DNA of 63,968 nt from an uncultured delta proteobacterium (GTDB lineage Bacteria > Myxococcota > Myxococcia > Myxococcales > Anaeromyxobacteraceae). Below, piece after piece: positions 10,111 through 24,207 of this stretch (position 1 is its first letter; each line of letters opens with the position of its first letter). The stretch covers positions 1-63,968 of the forward strand of contig CAWJSR010000011.1 in NCBI GenBank assembly GCA_963845515.1. The letters run 5' to 3'. Both the position numbers and the translations under genes were made by a program. The notes below the pieces were generated by a model, which saw nothing but the letters and a program-made list of their open reading frames with translations, did not search any database and was not told the DNA's origin.

Positions 10111-11106
10111 TCAGGTGTGCAGCTCGACCACGTCACCGTCGTCGAGCACGTGGTGGCGATCCACCTGCTGCCCGTCGAACCGCGCGTTCTTCCCCCAGAT
10201 CCTGGCGAACTTGAGGTGCGACGCGAGGTCGAGGTGGACCAGCCGCGCCAGGTCCTCGACGGTCGCTCCCGCGGGGAGGACGAACGGCCTGCCGGCGTCC
10301 GGCTTCTTCCCCGGCTCGCGCGTGTGGACGCGGACGCGCCCCAGCTCTCCGAAGAGGATCGGCCGGAGCGCGGAGAGTCCCTGGCCGGTCATCGCCGAGA
10401 CGGGATGGAACGGCCACTCCTGCCCGACCCCCTCGCGCGCCAGCGCGGAGAAGGTCCCGTCGCCGTCGAGGTCGATCTTGTTGGCCAGGACCAGCACGGG
10501 GCGCTCGACCACCAGCGGCGAGGCGTCCGCGGGGGGCGGCTGGCCCCGCGGCCACACGCGCGCCCTCGCCAGGAGCTCGCGCAGCGCGCTCCACGACGCC
10601 TCGAGATCGTCGGCGGTCACGTCGAGCACGAGCAGGATCCCGTCGGCGCCGTGCGCCAGCGCCGGGAGCCAGCTCTCGGCGTGCGCCGGCGCCACCGCCG
10701 GCGTGTCGACGAGCTGCACCAGCACGTCCTCGAACTCCATCATCCCCGGCTGCGGGAGGCGGGTCGTGAACGGGTAGTCCGCGATCTCGGGGTGCGCGTG
10801 CGTCAGGGCCGCGAGCAGCGAGGACTTGCCGGCGTTGGGCGGCCCCAGCAGGACCCACTGCCCCGCCCCCTCCCTGGCGACGTGGCCGACGTCGGGGGCG
10901 TGATGGCCGCTCTTCGCGACGTGGGCCCCCTCCTCCTCGTGCTTGGCCAGCTTCCTCTTGAGGTCCGCGTGCAGCTTCTCGGTCCCCTTGTGCTTCGGCA
11001 GGAGCGCGAGCATCTCGCGCAGCGCCTGGACCTTCTCGTCGTGGCCCGCGGCCTGCCGGTACCGCTCCTCGGCTTCCTTGTACCCGGGCGTGAGGTTGGC
11101 GGGCAT
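10111..11106 (-). CDS. DRG/OBG-like GTPase with C-terminal TGS domain
   Basis: N-terminal PKHKGTEKL (DRG-like), G1 GPPNAGKS, G2 YPFTT, G3 DTPA, G4 NKID, TGS ATVEDLARLVH..ARIWG..HVLDDGDVVEL. Confidence 0.85.
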   Translation of the reverse strand: MPANLTPGYKEAEERYRQAAGHDEKVQALREMLALLPKHKGTEKLHADLKRKLAKHEEEGAHVAKSGHHAPDVGHVAREGAGQWVLLGPPNAGKSSLLAALTHAHPEIADYPFTTRLPQPGMMEFEDVLVQLVDTPAVAPAHAESWLPALAHGADGILLVLDVTADDLEASWSALRELLARARVWPRGQPPPADASPLVVERPVLVLANKIDLDGDGTFSALAREGVGQEWPFHPVSAMTGQGLSALRPILFGELGRVRVHTREPGKKPDAGRPFVLPAGATVEDLARLVHLDLASHLKFARIWGKNARFDGQQVDRHHVLDDGDVVELHT

Positions 11107-11124
11107 CGCGAGATCGCGCGACGC

Positions 11125-11616
11125 CTACTTCCCGCGCTTCGCCATCCGCGAGTCGAGATACCAGATGCCGCCGCCCTTGTCGCCGACGGCGTGGAGGTGA
11201 TCGACCACGAGCCGGACCTGGCTCTCTTCCTCGACCTGTTCGGTGACGTACCACTGGAGCGCCATCTCGGAGGCGTAATCCTTCTCCGAGCGCGCCTGCT
11301 CGAAGAGCGCGTTGATCCGGGCCGTGATCCCCTGCTCGTGCGCGAGCGTCTTCTCGAAGACCTCTATGACCCCGCCGAACTCGGTGGGGGGGGCGGCGAC
11401 CGGCTTCAGCTCCAGCCGTCCGCCGCGGTCGAGCAGGAAGTCGACCAGCTTCAGGGCGTGGGCGGTCTCCTCGCCGGCCTGCACCTTGAGCCAGTGGGCG
11501 AAGCCGCGGAAGCTCTTCCCCTCGCAGGACGCGCTCATCGCCAGGTAGAGCTGGGCCGACGCCTGCTCGAGGTTGATCTGCGCGTTGAGCGCATCCTGCA
11601 TCGTCTTGCTGATCAT
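11125..11616 (-). CDS. ftnA: Ferritin (non-heme, Ftn type)
   Basis: LNAQINLE..YLAMS..EETAHA..HEQGIT..LQWYVTEQVEEE ferroxidase residues; GGAGG RBS. Confidence 0.9.
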   Translation of the reverse strand: MISKTMQDALNAQINLEQASAQLYLAMSASCEGKSFRGFAHWLKVQAGEETAHALKLVDFLLDRGGRLELKPVAAPPTEFGGVIEVFEKTLAHEQGITARINALFEQARSEKDYASEMALQWYVTEQVEEESQVRLVVDHLHAVGDKGGGIWYLDSRMAKRGK

Positions 11617-11723
11617 CGGAGCCTCCAGGTGGGCTCCTCCGATCTAGCCGGACTGGCCTCAGGGCACCCCCTCCCGCGCGGGGCGGGGCCCGAAATGGGC
11701 GCTGGCTCCAGGTCGCTGGGCGC

Positions 11724-12296
11724 TCAGCCTCCCCGGTACGCCTTCTCCAGATCGGCGATCACGAGCTTCGTCATCCCGAAGAGCGCCGTCATCACGCGAT
11801 CGACCTGCTCCGGTGTGCCCTTCCGGACCAGCTTGTCGAGCGCAGCCGGGACGACCTGCCAGGAGATGCCGTACTTGTCCTCCAGCCAGCCGCACTGCAC
11901 CTGCTTGCCGCCTTCGGAGAGCTTCTCCCAGAAGCGGTCGATCTCCGCCTGCGTGTCGCAGTTCACCATGAGCGAGATGGCCGGCGAGAACTTGTAGAGG
12001 GGGCCGCCGTTGAGCGCCAGGTACTGCTGCCCGTCCAGCTCGAACTCGACCGTCATGACGGAGCCCTTGGGCCCCGGCCCGGCGTCGCCGTAGCGGGCGA
12101 TCGTCCCCACCTTCGAGCGCTTGAAGATGGATGTGTAGAAGGCGGCCGCCTCCTCTGCCTTCCCGTCGAACCAGAGGCACGGGGTCATCCGCTGCTTGAT
12201 CCGGGTCGCGCCCCGCGTGGACGCGGCGTGCTGCGACTTGCGCGCGACTCCGGGCCGGTGGGGCCGCTTCGACACTCGGGAGCGATGCACTGTCAT
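11724..12296 (-). CDS. VOC/PhnB-like (3-demethylubiquinone-9 3-methyltransferase family) protein
   Basis: TPCLWFDGKAEEAAAFYTSIF..LNGGP..CGWLEDKYGISWQVVP; GGAGGA RBS before ATG 12296, giving a basic N-terminal extension. Confidence 0.88.
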   Translation of the reverse strand: MTVHRSRVSKRPHRPGVARKSQHAASTRGATRIKQRMTPCLWFDGKAEEAAAFYTSIFKRSKVGTIARYGDAGPGPKGSVMTVEFELDGQQYLALNGGPLYKFSPAISLMVNCDTQAEIDRFWEKLSEGGKQVQCGWLEDKYGISWQVVPAALDKLVRKGTPEQVDRVMTALFGMTKLVIADLEKAYRGG

Positions 12297-12477
12297 GGGG
12301 TCCTCCGTAGGCGGTGGCCGCGCGACCGATGCCGCGCCGGCCACCCGCGCTGATGCTGGCGCGGGTGACTTAACGGCGCCGCGGGGCGGACGCCCGCGTG
12401 GAGCGAAGGACGGCGCCGACGGGTCACACGCACTCTCGGAGGACCGCTAGAATGACCCCATCCTCCGGAGGCCAGAC

Positions 12478-12546
12478 TTGCTCGCGCACCGCACCGTCCA
12501 ACCGGCTGACGTCCCCCTCGTCTGCACGTTCCCCCAGAGCGTCGAG
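12478..12546 (+). pseudogene. Possible 5' remnant of a GNAT acetyltransferase gene
   Basis: GGAGG RBS (12467-12471), TTG start and LAHRTVQPADVPLVCTFPQSVE resemble, from memory, the N-terminus of a proteobacterial GNAT family; similarity is lost afterwards. Confidence 0.35.
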
Positions 12547-12629
12547 TCCCGGCGAAGTTCGCGACGGAACTCACGGAGCGCTGGAGGCGTGTGGCTCACG
12601 GAAAGTGAGGATAGCCGACGGGTACGACG

Positions 12630-12669
12630 CCCCTCACCCAGCCTCTCCCCCGCGGGGGCGGGGGAGAGG
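12630..12669. repeat. REP-like palindrome
   Basis: CCCCTCACCCAGCCTCTCCCCCGC-GGGG-GCGGGGGAGAGG downstream of gltD. Confidence 0.75.
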
Positions 12670-12741
12670 TGCATCGCCAAGGCTCGAAGATGCGATGCAT
12701 GGTCGAGGAGTCCGCCCGAGATCGGCCGAGATCGCGCGCCG

Positions 12742-14229
12742 CTAGGCGGGCAGGACGGTCTCGCCGTGCGAGAGCCAGCGATCCACCTGCTGCGCGACCT
12801 GCCGCCCCTCGCGGATCGCCCAGACGACGAGCGACTGGCCGCGGGCCATGTCTCCTGCCGCGAAGACCCCCGGGACGTTGGTCATGCGGGTCTCGTCGGT
12901 CCAGACGTTGCCGCGCTCGTCCAGCTTGAGCGCCAGCTGCTGCACGAGCGGCCGCTCCGGCCCCACGAAGCCGAGCGCGAGCAGGACCAGGTCCGCGGCG
13001 ACGATCCGGTCGGTCCCCGGGATCTCGCGCGGCCCGAAGCGGCCGTCCTGCCCCTTGGTCCACTCCACCTCGATGGTGTGGACCTCCTTCACGTTTCCGG
13101 CGCCGTCGCCGATGAACCGCTTGGTCTGGACGCAGTAGCGGCGCGGGTCGCTGCCCCAGAGCGCCGCCGCCTCCTCCTGGCCGTAGTCCATCTTGTAGAC
13201 CTTGGGCCACTGCGGCCACGGGTTGTCGCGCGCCCTTCGGTCCGGCGGCTTCTGGAGGATCTCGAGCTGCACCACCTTCTTCGCGCCGTGGCGGATCGAG
13301 GTGCCGACGCAGTCGGTGCCCGTGTCGCCGCCGCCGATCACGACGACGTTCTTCCCCTTCGCGGAGATGTACTTGCCGTCCCCGAGGTTGGTGTCGAGCA
13401 GGCTCTTCGTGTTGGCGGCCAGGAACTCCATCGCCAGGTGGATCCCGCCGAGGCTCCGCCCCTCGATCGGGAGCTCGCGCGCCTGCGTGCAGCCGGCGCA
13501 GAGCACCACCGCCTCGTAGTCCTTCACCAGGCGGTCCGCCCCGATGTGCTTTCCGATCTCGGTCTGCGTGACGATCCGGACCCCCTCGTCGGCGAGCTGC
13601 TTCACCCGCCGCTCGACCACCTGCTTGTCGAGCTTCATGTTGGGGATGCCGTACATGAGCAGGCCGCCCGCGCGGTCGGACCGCTCGAAGACCGTGACGG
13701 TGTGCCCCGCCCTGTTCAGCTGCTGCGCCACCGCGAGGCCGGCCGGGCCGGAGCCGACGACCGCGACCCGCTTGCCGGTGCGGATCGGCGGTGGCTCGGC
13801 GACGACCCAGCCCTCCTTGAAGGCGCGGTCGATGATCTCGCACTCGATCGTCTTGATGGTGACCGGCGGAGCGTCGATCCCGAGCGTGCAGCTGCCCTCG
13901 CACGGGGCCGGGCATACGCGCCCGGTGAACTCGGGGAAGTTGTTCGTCTTGGCGAGCCGGATCCACGCCTCGCGCCACTGCCCGCGGTAGACGAGGTCGT
14001 TCCACTCGGGGATGAGGTTGTTGATCGGACAGCCGGACGCCATGCCGGCGATGAGCTTCCCCGTGTGGCAGAAGGGGATGCCGCAGTCCATGCAGCGCGC
14101 GCCCTGGGAGCGGAGGGTCTCCTCCAGGTAGGGCGGATGCGTCTCGGCCCAGTCCTTGATCCGCTCCTGCGGCGAGCGCTCGTGCTTCGGCTCGCGCTCG
14201 AACTCCATGAATCCGGTCGGCTTGCCCAT
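12742..14229 (-). CDS. gltD: Glutamate synthase small subunit
   Basis: [60 protein letters not shown]. Confidence 0.97.
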   Translation of the reverse strand: MGKPTGFMEFEREPKHERSPQERIKDWAETHPPYLEETLRSQGARCMDCGIPFCHTGKLIAGMASGCPINNLIPEWNDLVYRGQWREAWIRLAKTNNFPEFTGRVCPAPCEGSCTLGIDAPPVTIKTIECEIIDRAFKEGWVVAEPPPIRTGKRVAVVGSGPAGLAVAQQLNRAGHTVTVFERSDRAGGLLMYGIPNMKLDKQVVERRVKQLADEGVRIVTQTEIGKHIGADRLVKDYEAVVLCAGCTQARELPIEGRSLGGIHLAMEFLAANTKSLLDTNLGDGKYISAKGKNVVVIGGGDTGTDCVGTSIRHGAKKVVQLEILQKPPDRRARDNPWPQWPKVYKMDYGQEEAAALWGSDPRRYCVQTKRFIGDGAGNVKEVHTIEVEWTKGQDGRFGPREIPGTDRIVAADLVLLALGFVGPERPLVQQLALKLDERGNVWTDETRMTNVPGVFAAGDMARGQSLVVWAIREGRQVAQQVDRWLSHGETVLPA

Positions 14230-14232
14230 GAC

Positions 14233-18840
<4,608 letters not shown>

Positions 18841-19339
18841 CTTCTTCTCTCTCGCTCGTTACGCCACGGGCGGAGCACGACTCAGCGCGCGAACCGCCGC
18901 CGCACGTCGCACTCACGCCGTTTCTGACAGGCCGTCCAGTTTCCCCGAACACGCCGCGGGAGGTCAAGAGTGGAAGCCTTTGATTTCCCACGACTTTGTG
19001 CACGGCTTCCAAGCAGTCTGCCCAGTAAGCTTGCACCTTTCCCGGCTTTCCGGCCAACGCGCATACGGGGCCCCGTTTCCGGCATGGAGCGGAGCAGCGG
19101 CGGGACGACGGTCGCGCAAGCAGCGTGTTGCCGGGCGCGGTGAATCGACACCTTCCCTTTCGGCCGGGCACCGTGCGATGCTGCGCCGCCTTGAAAGACA
19201 GCCGAATCGAGGCCGCCCTCAATTTCGTTGGTTCTTTTAGGCCGGGGGGCCGCCAACGACATCCGGACCGTGCGGGATCCAGTCCGTGTAAGGACGGGAC
19301 GCGCGCGCACCTCGGCAGCAACAGTACGGAGGAACCCCA

Positions 19340-20956
19340 GTGAGCACGAACGACGTCAAGCCGTCCCCCAGCGGGGCCCGAAGCGGACGGGCGGGGCCAC
19401 AGGCCGCCATCGAGTTCCGCCACACGACGCTCCTCGTCACGGCGGCGCTGCTCATAGGCGTGGTGCTCGGCGCCTTCGTGCCGCCAGGGCCGATGACGTT
19501 GGTGGTGGCGACTGGCATCTCGATCGTGGTGGTCCTCCTGGTCGCCCTCTTCGTCGGGAAGCGCATCAGGGAGACGATGGGCGCGTTCCGGTTCACCGCC
19601 ACGCTCCTCGTCGCCCTCGCGATCCTGGCGATCCTGGGCACGCTGATCCTGCAGGGCAAGCCGCACGAGCTCTACAGGGCGCGCTACGGCTTCGTGGCGC
19701 CGCTCATCATCGCGCTGCGCTTCGACGACATCTTCCACAGCCTCCCCTTCGCGCTGCTGATGTCGCTCTTCTGCGTCGCGATCTCCTTCTCGGCGGCGCT
19801 GCGCTGGCCCGTCCGGCCCAAGGTGATCGGCTTCTACTTCGTGCACCTCGGGCTCCTGCTCTCGCTCGCGGGCGCGGCCGCCTCCTCGACGCTCGCGGTC
19901 CGCGGCCGGATCGACCTGATGGCCGGCGGCGACGTGGCGACCCACGTCAGGGCGACGCGCGGCGGCGTCCCCACCGGCGAGGCGGTTCCGCTCGGGTTCG
20001 AGCTGAAGCTCGACAAGTTCGACCTCATCAACTACGAGTCCGAGTTTCGCGTCGGCTACTACGAGCAGAAGATGGTGAAGGACGCCGACGGCCACCTCAT
20101 GGAGGACTGGCGCCTCAAGACCAGCTTCGAGCCGGACACGAGACGTCACCTGCTCCCCGGCGGCGACACCTTCCAGCTCGACGCCATCTACCCGGACTTC
20201 GTCCGCGTGGCGAAGGCGGTCCCGAGCCAGGGAGGCGCGCCAGCGCTCGAGGTGACCCTCGCCGGCCGGACCACCTGGCTCGCCCCCGGCGACGAGCCGC
20301 TCCTCGCCGCCAACGGCCAGGTCGCGGTCCTCTTCGACGCGGATCCCCCGCCAGCCGTCGAGGGCGTGCAGACCTCGGTCCTCGTCTCCGCCAGGGAGAA
20401 GAAGGTCGTCGTGCACCGGGCGGACGGCGAGAGCGTCCAGGCGCTCACGGAGGGGCTCGCCCTCTTCGGCGGCATGGTCCAGTTCGGCAGGCTCTACGCC
20501 TCGGCGGAGCGGACCCTCTCCCCCGGCACGGCCTCCCAGGAGTGGCGCAACCCCGCGGTCCACATCACGGTCCGCGAGGGGGCCCGCCACCAGGAGAAGC
20601 TCGCGTTCGCCAGGAAGCCGCAGGCCGTGATGCTCGGCCGCGGCGGCGCGCTCGTCTTCGAGAAGCGCCAGGAGGAGGTGAAGTCCTACCTCTCCACCGT
20701 GACCGTCACCAGCCCCTCCGAGACGAAGCACGCCGTCATCAGCGTCAACGACCCGCTGAGCTTCGCCGGCTGGACGCTCTACCAGGTCAACTACGATCCG
20801 AAGAACCCCAACTACTCGGGGCTCGAGGCCGTGTACGATCCAGGCGTCGCGTGGGTCTTCACCGGCTTCGCCGTAATCTCGTTCGGCGTCTTCTTCGTCT
20901 TCTACGTGAAGAAGTACCTGATCCGCGATCCCCGCAAGAAGGACCGGGCGGCGTAG
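19340..20956 (+). CDS. resB: Cytochrome c biogenesis protein ResB/Ccs1 (system II)
   Basis: ILGTLILQ, DIFHSLPF, YFVHLGLLL, large periplasmic domain, ISVNDPLSFAGWTLYQ..YSGLEAVYDPG; GGAGG RBS. Confidence 0.85.
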   Translation: MSTNDVKPSPSGARSGRAGPQAAIEFRHTTLLVTAALLIGVVLGAFVPPGPMTLVVATGISIVVVLLVALFVGKRIRETMGAFRFTATLLVALAILAILGTLILQGKPHELYRARYGFVAPLIIALRFDDIFHSLPFALLMSLFCVAISFSAALRWPVRPKVIGFYFVHLGLLLSLAGAAASSTLAVRGRIDLMAGGDVATHVRATRGGVPTGEAVPLGFELKLDKFDLINYESEFRVGYYEQKMVKDADGHLMEDWRLKTSFEPDTRRHLLPGGDTFQLDAIYPDFVRVAKAVPSQGGAPALEVTLAGRTTWLAPGDEPLLAANGQVAVLFDADPPPAVEGVQTSVLVSAREKKVVVHRADGESVQALTEGLALFGGMVQFGRLYASAERTLSPGTASQEWRNPAVHITVREGARHQEKLAFARKPQAVMLGRGGALVFEKRQEEVKSYLSTVTVTSPSETKHAVISVNDPLSFAGWTLYQVNYDPKNPNYSGLEAVYDPGVAWVFTGFAVISFGVFFVFYVKKYLIRDPRKKDRAA

Positions 20957-20977
20957 CGCCGCGCTGGGAGGAACGCC

Positions 20978-21838
20978 ATGCTCCAGTTCATTCTCGTCGA
21001 ACACCCAGCCTTCGCGGCGACCGGCCTGCTGTACGCGATCTCGATGTACTTCTACGTCGCGATCTGGTTCTCGCAGAGCAAGACCGTGGCGCGGCTGTCC
21101 ACGGGGTTCATGCTCGTCGCCGTCCTCGTGAACGCCGGGCTCTTCGCCAACATGTGGGTCCACGCGGGCCGCGCGCCGCTGAAGTCGCTCTACGAGACGG
21201 CCGTCTTCCTCGCCTTCAACATCGGCTTCCTCTACCTCGTGATGGAGCGGCTCTTCCGCACGCGCGTGTTCGGCGTGGTCGCCGCGGCCTTCGCCGTGGG
21301 GAGCATCGTCTTCGCGCTCACGAAGTGGGACGCCGAGATCCAGAAGCTCCCGGCGGCGCTCCAGTCGGGCTGGTTCGTCCCGCACGTCTGGGTCTACTTC
21401 GTCGGCTACGCCGCGGTGGCCATCGCGGCCGGCATCTCCGTGATCCAGCTCCTCTCCCACCACTCCGCCCTGGTCCGGCGCCTCCTCACCGTCAAGGCCG
21501 GCTCGGTCCTGAGCGGCGAGGAGCTGGACCTGGAGGCGATCGCGTACGCGGCCATCAAGTTCGGCTTCGTCCTGCTCACGCTCGGCCTGCTGGTCGGCTC
21601 CGTCTGGGCGAAGAGCGCGTGGGGCGACTTCTGGGTCTGGGACCCGAAGGAGAACTGGTCGCTCGTCACCTGGCTCGTCTACGGCGCCTACCTGCACCTG
21701 AGGAAGGTGAAGGGCTGGCGCGGCGACGCCGCGGCGTGGGTCGCCATCATCGGGTTCGCGGTCGTGATCTTCACCTACGTCGGCATCGGGATGCTCCCGA
21801 CGGCCGACGAGTCCGCGCACGTGTACTCGGACAATTAG
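20978..21838 (+). CDS. ccsA: Cytochrome c biogenesis protein CcsA/ResC
   Basis: APLKSLYE, ALQSGWFVPHV, WWD domain GSVWAKSAWGDFWVWDPKENWS, C-terminal HVY. Confidence 0.95.
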   Translation: MLQFILVEHPAFAATGLLYAISMYFYVAIWFSQSKTVARLSTGFMLVAVLVNAGLFANMWVHAGRAPLKSLYETAVFLAFNIGFLYLVMERLFRTRVFGVVAAAFAVGSIVFALTKWDAEIQKLPAALQSGWFVPHVWVYFVGYAAVAIAAGISVIQLLSHHSALVRRLLTVKAGSVLSGEELDLEAIAYAAIKFGFVLLTLGLLVGSVWAKSAWGDFWVWDPKENWSLVTWLVYGAYLHLRKVKGWRGDAAAWVAIIGFAVVIFTYVGIGMLPTADESAHVYSDN

Positions 21839-21852
21839 GCGCCGTGTCCGGG

Positions 21853-21880
21853 CCCCTCTCCCTCCAGTGAGGGAGAGGGG
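21853..21880. repeat. REP-like perfect 12-bp hairpin between convergent genes
   Basis: CCCCTCTCCCTC-CAGT-GAGGGAGAGGGG. Confidence 0.8.
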
Positions 21881-21911
21881 CGATCTGCGGGGGCCCTGCG
21901 GGAGCAGCTAC

Positions 21912-23318
21912 TCACCGCCTCCGGCCGCCGGCCTCGTGCGCCGCCTCGTGGTCTCCCGCGCGGCGGCGGCCCGAGTAGCCCGAGCGGTACTCCTTCAGCC
22001 TGTACTGGATCTTCCGGACCGAGACGCCGAGCAGCTCGGCGGCCCGCGCCGTCGAGCCGTCGACCTGGTCGAGCGTCCGCAGGATCGCCTCGCGCTCGAT
22101 CTCGAAGAGGGTCGCGCCCGGGATGAGCGCCGAGGTGGTCCCCTGGTCCGGTCCCATCCCGATCAGGATGGGGGGCAGGTCCTCGGCGGTGATCTCCTTG
22201 CCGCGCGCGTTCTCGACCGCCCGCTGCACGGCGTCCTCCAGCTCCCGCACGTTCCCGGGCCAGGCGTAGGCGAAGAGCGCCGACAGCGCACCGGGCGTGG
22301 GGCCATCGACGGTCTTGCCCAGCTTGCGGGCGTGGAGCTCGATGAAGTGGTTCACCAGCGCGGGGATGTCACCCTTCCGCTCGCGCAGCGGCGGGAGGCC
22401 CACCGAGACGATGTTGAGCCGGTAGTAGAGATCGTCGCGGAAGCGGCCGGCCCGGACCTCCTCGGCGAGGTCGACGTTGGTACCGGCCACCACGCGGACG
22501 TCGACGTGGATCGGATCCCGCCCACCCAGCCGCTCGAAGTCGCCGTGCTGGAGGAGCCGCAGGAGCTTCACCTGGATCGATGGCGGCAGCCGCCGCACCT
22601 CGTGCAGGTAGACCGTTCCGCCGTTCGCCTGCTCCAGGCGGCCCGTCCGCCGGTCAGGCGCGTCGTCGAACGCGCCGCGCTCGTGGCCGAAGAGCTCGCT
22701 CTCGAGGAGGAGGTCCGAGAGGGCCGCGCAGTTGACGCGGACGAAGGGGCGGTCCCGCCGAGGCGAGAGCTCGTGGATCGCCTGCGCGACGTGCTCCTTG
22801 CCCACGCCAGTCTCACCTGCCACCAGCACGGTGGCCTTGGTGGGCGCGACGCGCCGCACGATCTCCATCACCTGACGGAGCTCGGGCGCCGCGCCGACGA
22901 TCGCGATGCGGCCGCGCACCTCGGCGCGCAGCCTGGCCCCCTCCTGGCGGAGACGGCGCCGCTCGATCACCTTCTCGAGCGCCGCGACGATGAGGTCGGC
23001 ATGGACCGGGCGCGCGACGTAGGTCTCGGCCCCGGCGCGCATCGCCGCGACCGCGGCGTCCATCCGATCGTATGGGCAGACGACCACGATGCCTGCGTCG
23101 GAGCGCGCGGCCCGCAGCCGGCGAACGAACTCCTCGGCGCCGTCGGGAAGCAGGGCGTCGATCACGAGCGCCGCTGGATGCAGCGTCGGGATCAGGCCGA
23201 TCGCCTCGTCCGAGCTGCTGGCGTCGGCCACGTCGTAGCCAGCCGCAGAGAGGGCTGCGTGAAGCGTGGCCCGATCTCGAGGGTCGCCCTCGACCACGAT
23301 GACTTGTTCGCTCTTCAT
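21912..23318 (-). CDS. NtrC-family sigma54-type regulator (REC-AAA+-HTH) with degenerate motifs
   Basis: Walker A GETGVGKE, ESELFGH then GAFDDA, Walker B YLHEV, FRDDLYYRLN, WPGNVREL, HTH AAELLGVSVRKIQYRL. Confidence 0.9.
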   Translation of the reverse strand: MKSEQVIVVEGDPRDRATLHAALSAAGYDVADASSSDEAIGLIPTLHPAALVIDALLPDGAEEFVRRLRAARSDAGIVVVCPYDRMDAAVAAMRAGAETYVARPVHADLIVAALEKVIERRRLRQEGARLRAEVRGRIAIVGAAPELRQVMEIVRRVAPTKATVLVAGETGVGKEHVAQAIHELSPRRDRPFVRVNCAALSDLLLESELFGHERGAFDDAPDRRTGRLEQANGGTVYLHEVRRLPPSIQVKLLRLLQHGDFERLGGRDPIHVDVRVVAGTNVDLAEEVRAGRFRDDLYYRLNIVSVGLPPLRERKGDIPALVNHFIELHARKLGKTVDGPTPGALSALFAYAWPGNVRELEDAVQRAVENARGKEITAEDLPPILIGMGPDQGTTSALIPGATLFEIEREAILRTLDQVDGSTARAAELLGVSVRKIQYRLKEYRSGYSGRRRAGDHEAAHEAGGRRR

Positions 23319-23334
23319 CCCCACGTCAGCCCCT

Positions 23335-23350
23335 AGCAACTAATGTACCC
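23335..23350 (-). promoter_or_regulatory. Candidate sigma54 -24/-12 promoter
   Basis: Minus strand GGGTAC-ATTAG-TTGCT, exact GG-N10-GC spacing, just upstream of the regulator gene. Confidence 0.5.
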
Positions 23351-23369
23351 GAATTCGGACGCCTTTTAA

Positions 23370-23519
23370 ATGCAATTCTTGCGTCCGGGCCATGTAAAGG
23401 AGCGCTGGCCGCAAATCACGCGCACACTCAACGCTCCGCCCGGACGGAGTTTATTCCCACGGCATCGGGGCGCGGCCGACCAACGCATGGGTTGCTAACG
23501 ACCCACGCAATGACTGCGT
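23370..23519. promoter_or_regulatory. Repeated palindromic boxes AYGCA-N5-TGC(GT)
   Basis: ATGCA-ATTCT-TGCGT (23370-23384), ACGCA-TGGGT-TGCTA (23483-23497), ACGCA-ATGAC-TGCGT (23505-23519). Confidence 0.5.
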
Positions 23520-23604
23520 CATGCTACTAAAGGGTCAGGCGAGACCCATGAGCACCACGTTTCGGTCACTTGCGGTTTCCCTCCGCGCGGACTAACGAGG
23601 CGCC

Positions 23605-24141
23605 ATGGCGACCACCTGGTACGGCGCCAGGGTCGAGATCGCGCGGGGCGACATAACACGTCTGGCGCTGGACGCAATCGTCAACGCCGCCAACGAGTCG
23701 CTCCTCGGCGGCGGCGGGGTCGATGGGGCAATTCACCGCGCCGCCGGACCCGGTCTGCTGGCGGAATGCCGCACGCTGGGTGGCGCGCGAACTGGCGGGG
23801 CGAAGCTGACCCGCGGCTACTCCTTGCCGGCCCGCCACGTCATCCATGCGGTGGGCCCGGTCTGGCACGGTGGCGGCGAGGGGGAGGACGGACTCCTCGA
23901 GAGTTGCTACCGCGAGTCGCTCCGGGTCGCGGACGAGAACGGCATCACCTCCCTCGCCTTCCCGGCCATCTCGACCGGCGTCTACGGGTTTCCAATGGAG
24001 CGGGCGACGCGGATCGCACTGACCGAGGTCCGTGCAGGGCTCGAGCGCCACCCACGGATCGCGCGCGTGGTCTTCTGCTGCTTCTCCGAGGGGGACGCGG
24101 CGGTCTACGAGCGGCTGGCAGACGAGCTGCTCGGAAGGTGA
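23605..24141 (+). CDS. ymdB: Macro-domain O-acetyl-ADP-ribose deacetylase (YmdB-like)
   Basis: [50 protein letters not shown]. Confidence 0.93.
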   Translation: MATTWYGARVEIARGDITRLALDAIVNAANESLLGGGGVDGAIHRAAGPGLLAECRTLGGARTGGAKLTRGYSLPARHVIHAVGPVWHGGGEGEDGLLESCYRESLRVADENGITSLAFPAISTGVYGFPMERATRIALTEVRAGLERHPRIARVVFCCFSEGDAAVYERLADELLGR

Positions 24142-24207
24142 CCCGGCGGCGCCCGGCCGCTGGTGCTTGAGCCGCAGGGCATCGTGCACTATGGATCAGC
24201 GGCCCCG

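Noticed and set aside
19030..19135. c-di-GMP riboswitch or sigma54 promoter upstream of gltB
   Set aside because: A GAAA-capped hairpin is present but the GEMM consensus is missing, and the GG..GC spacing is not 10.
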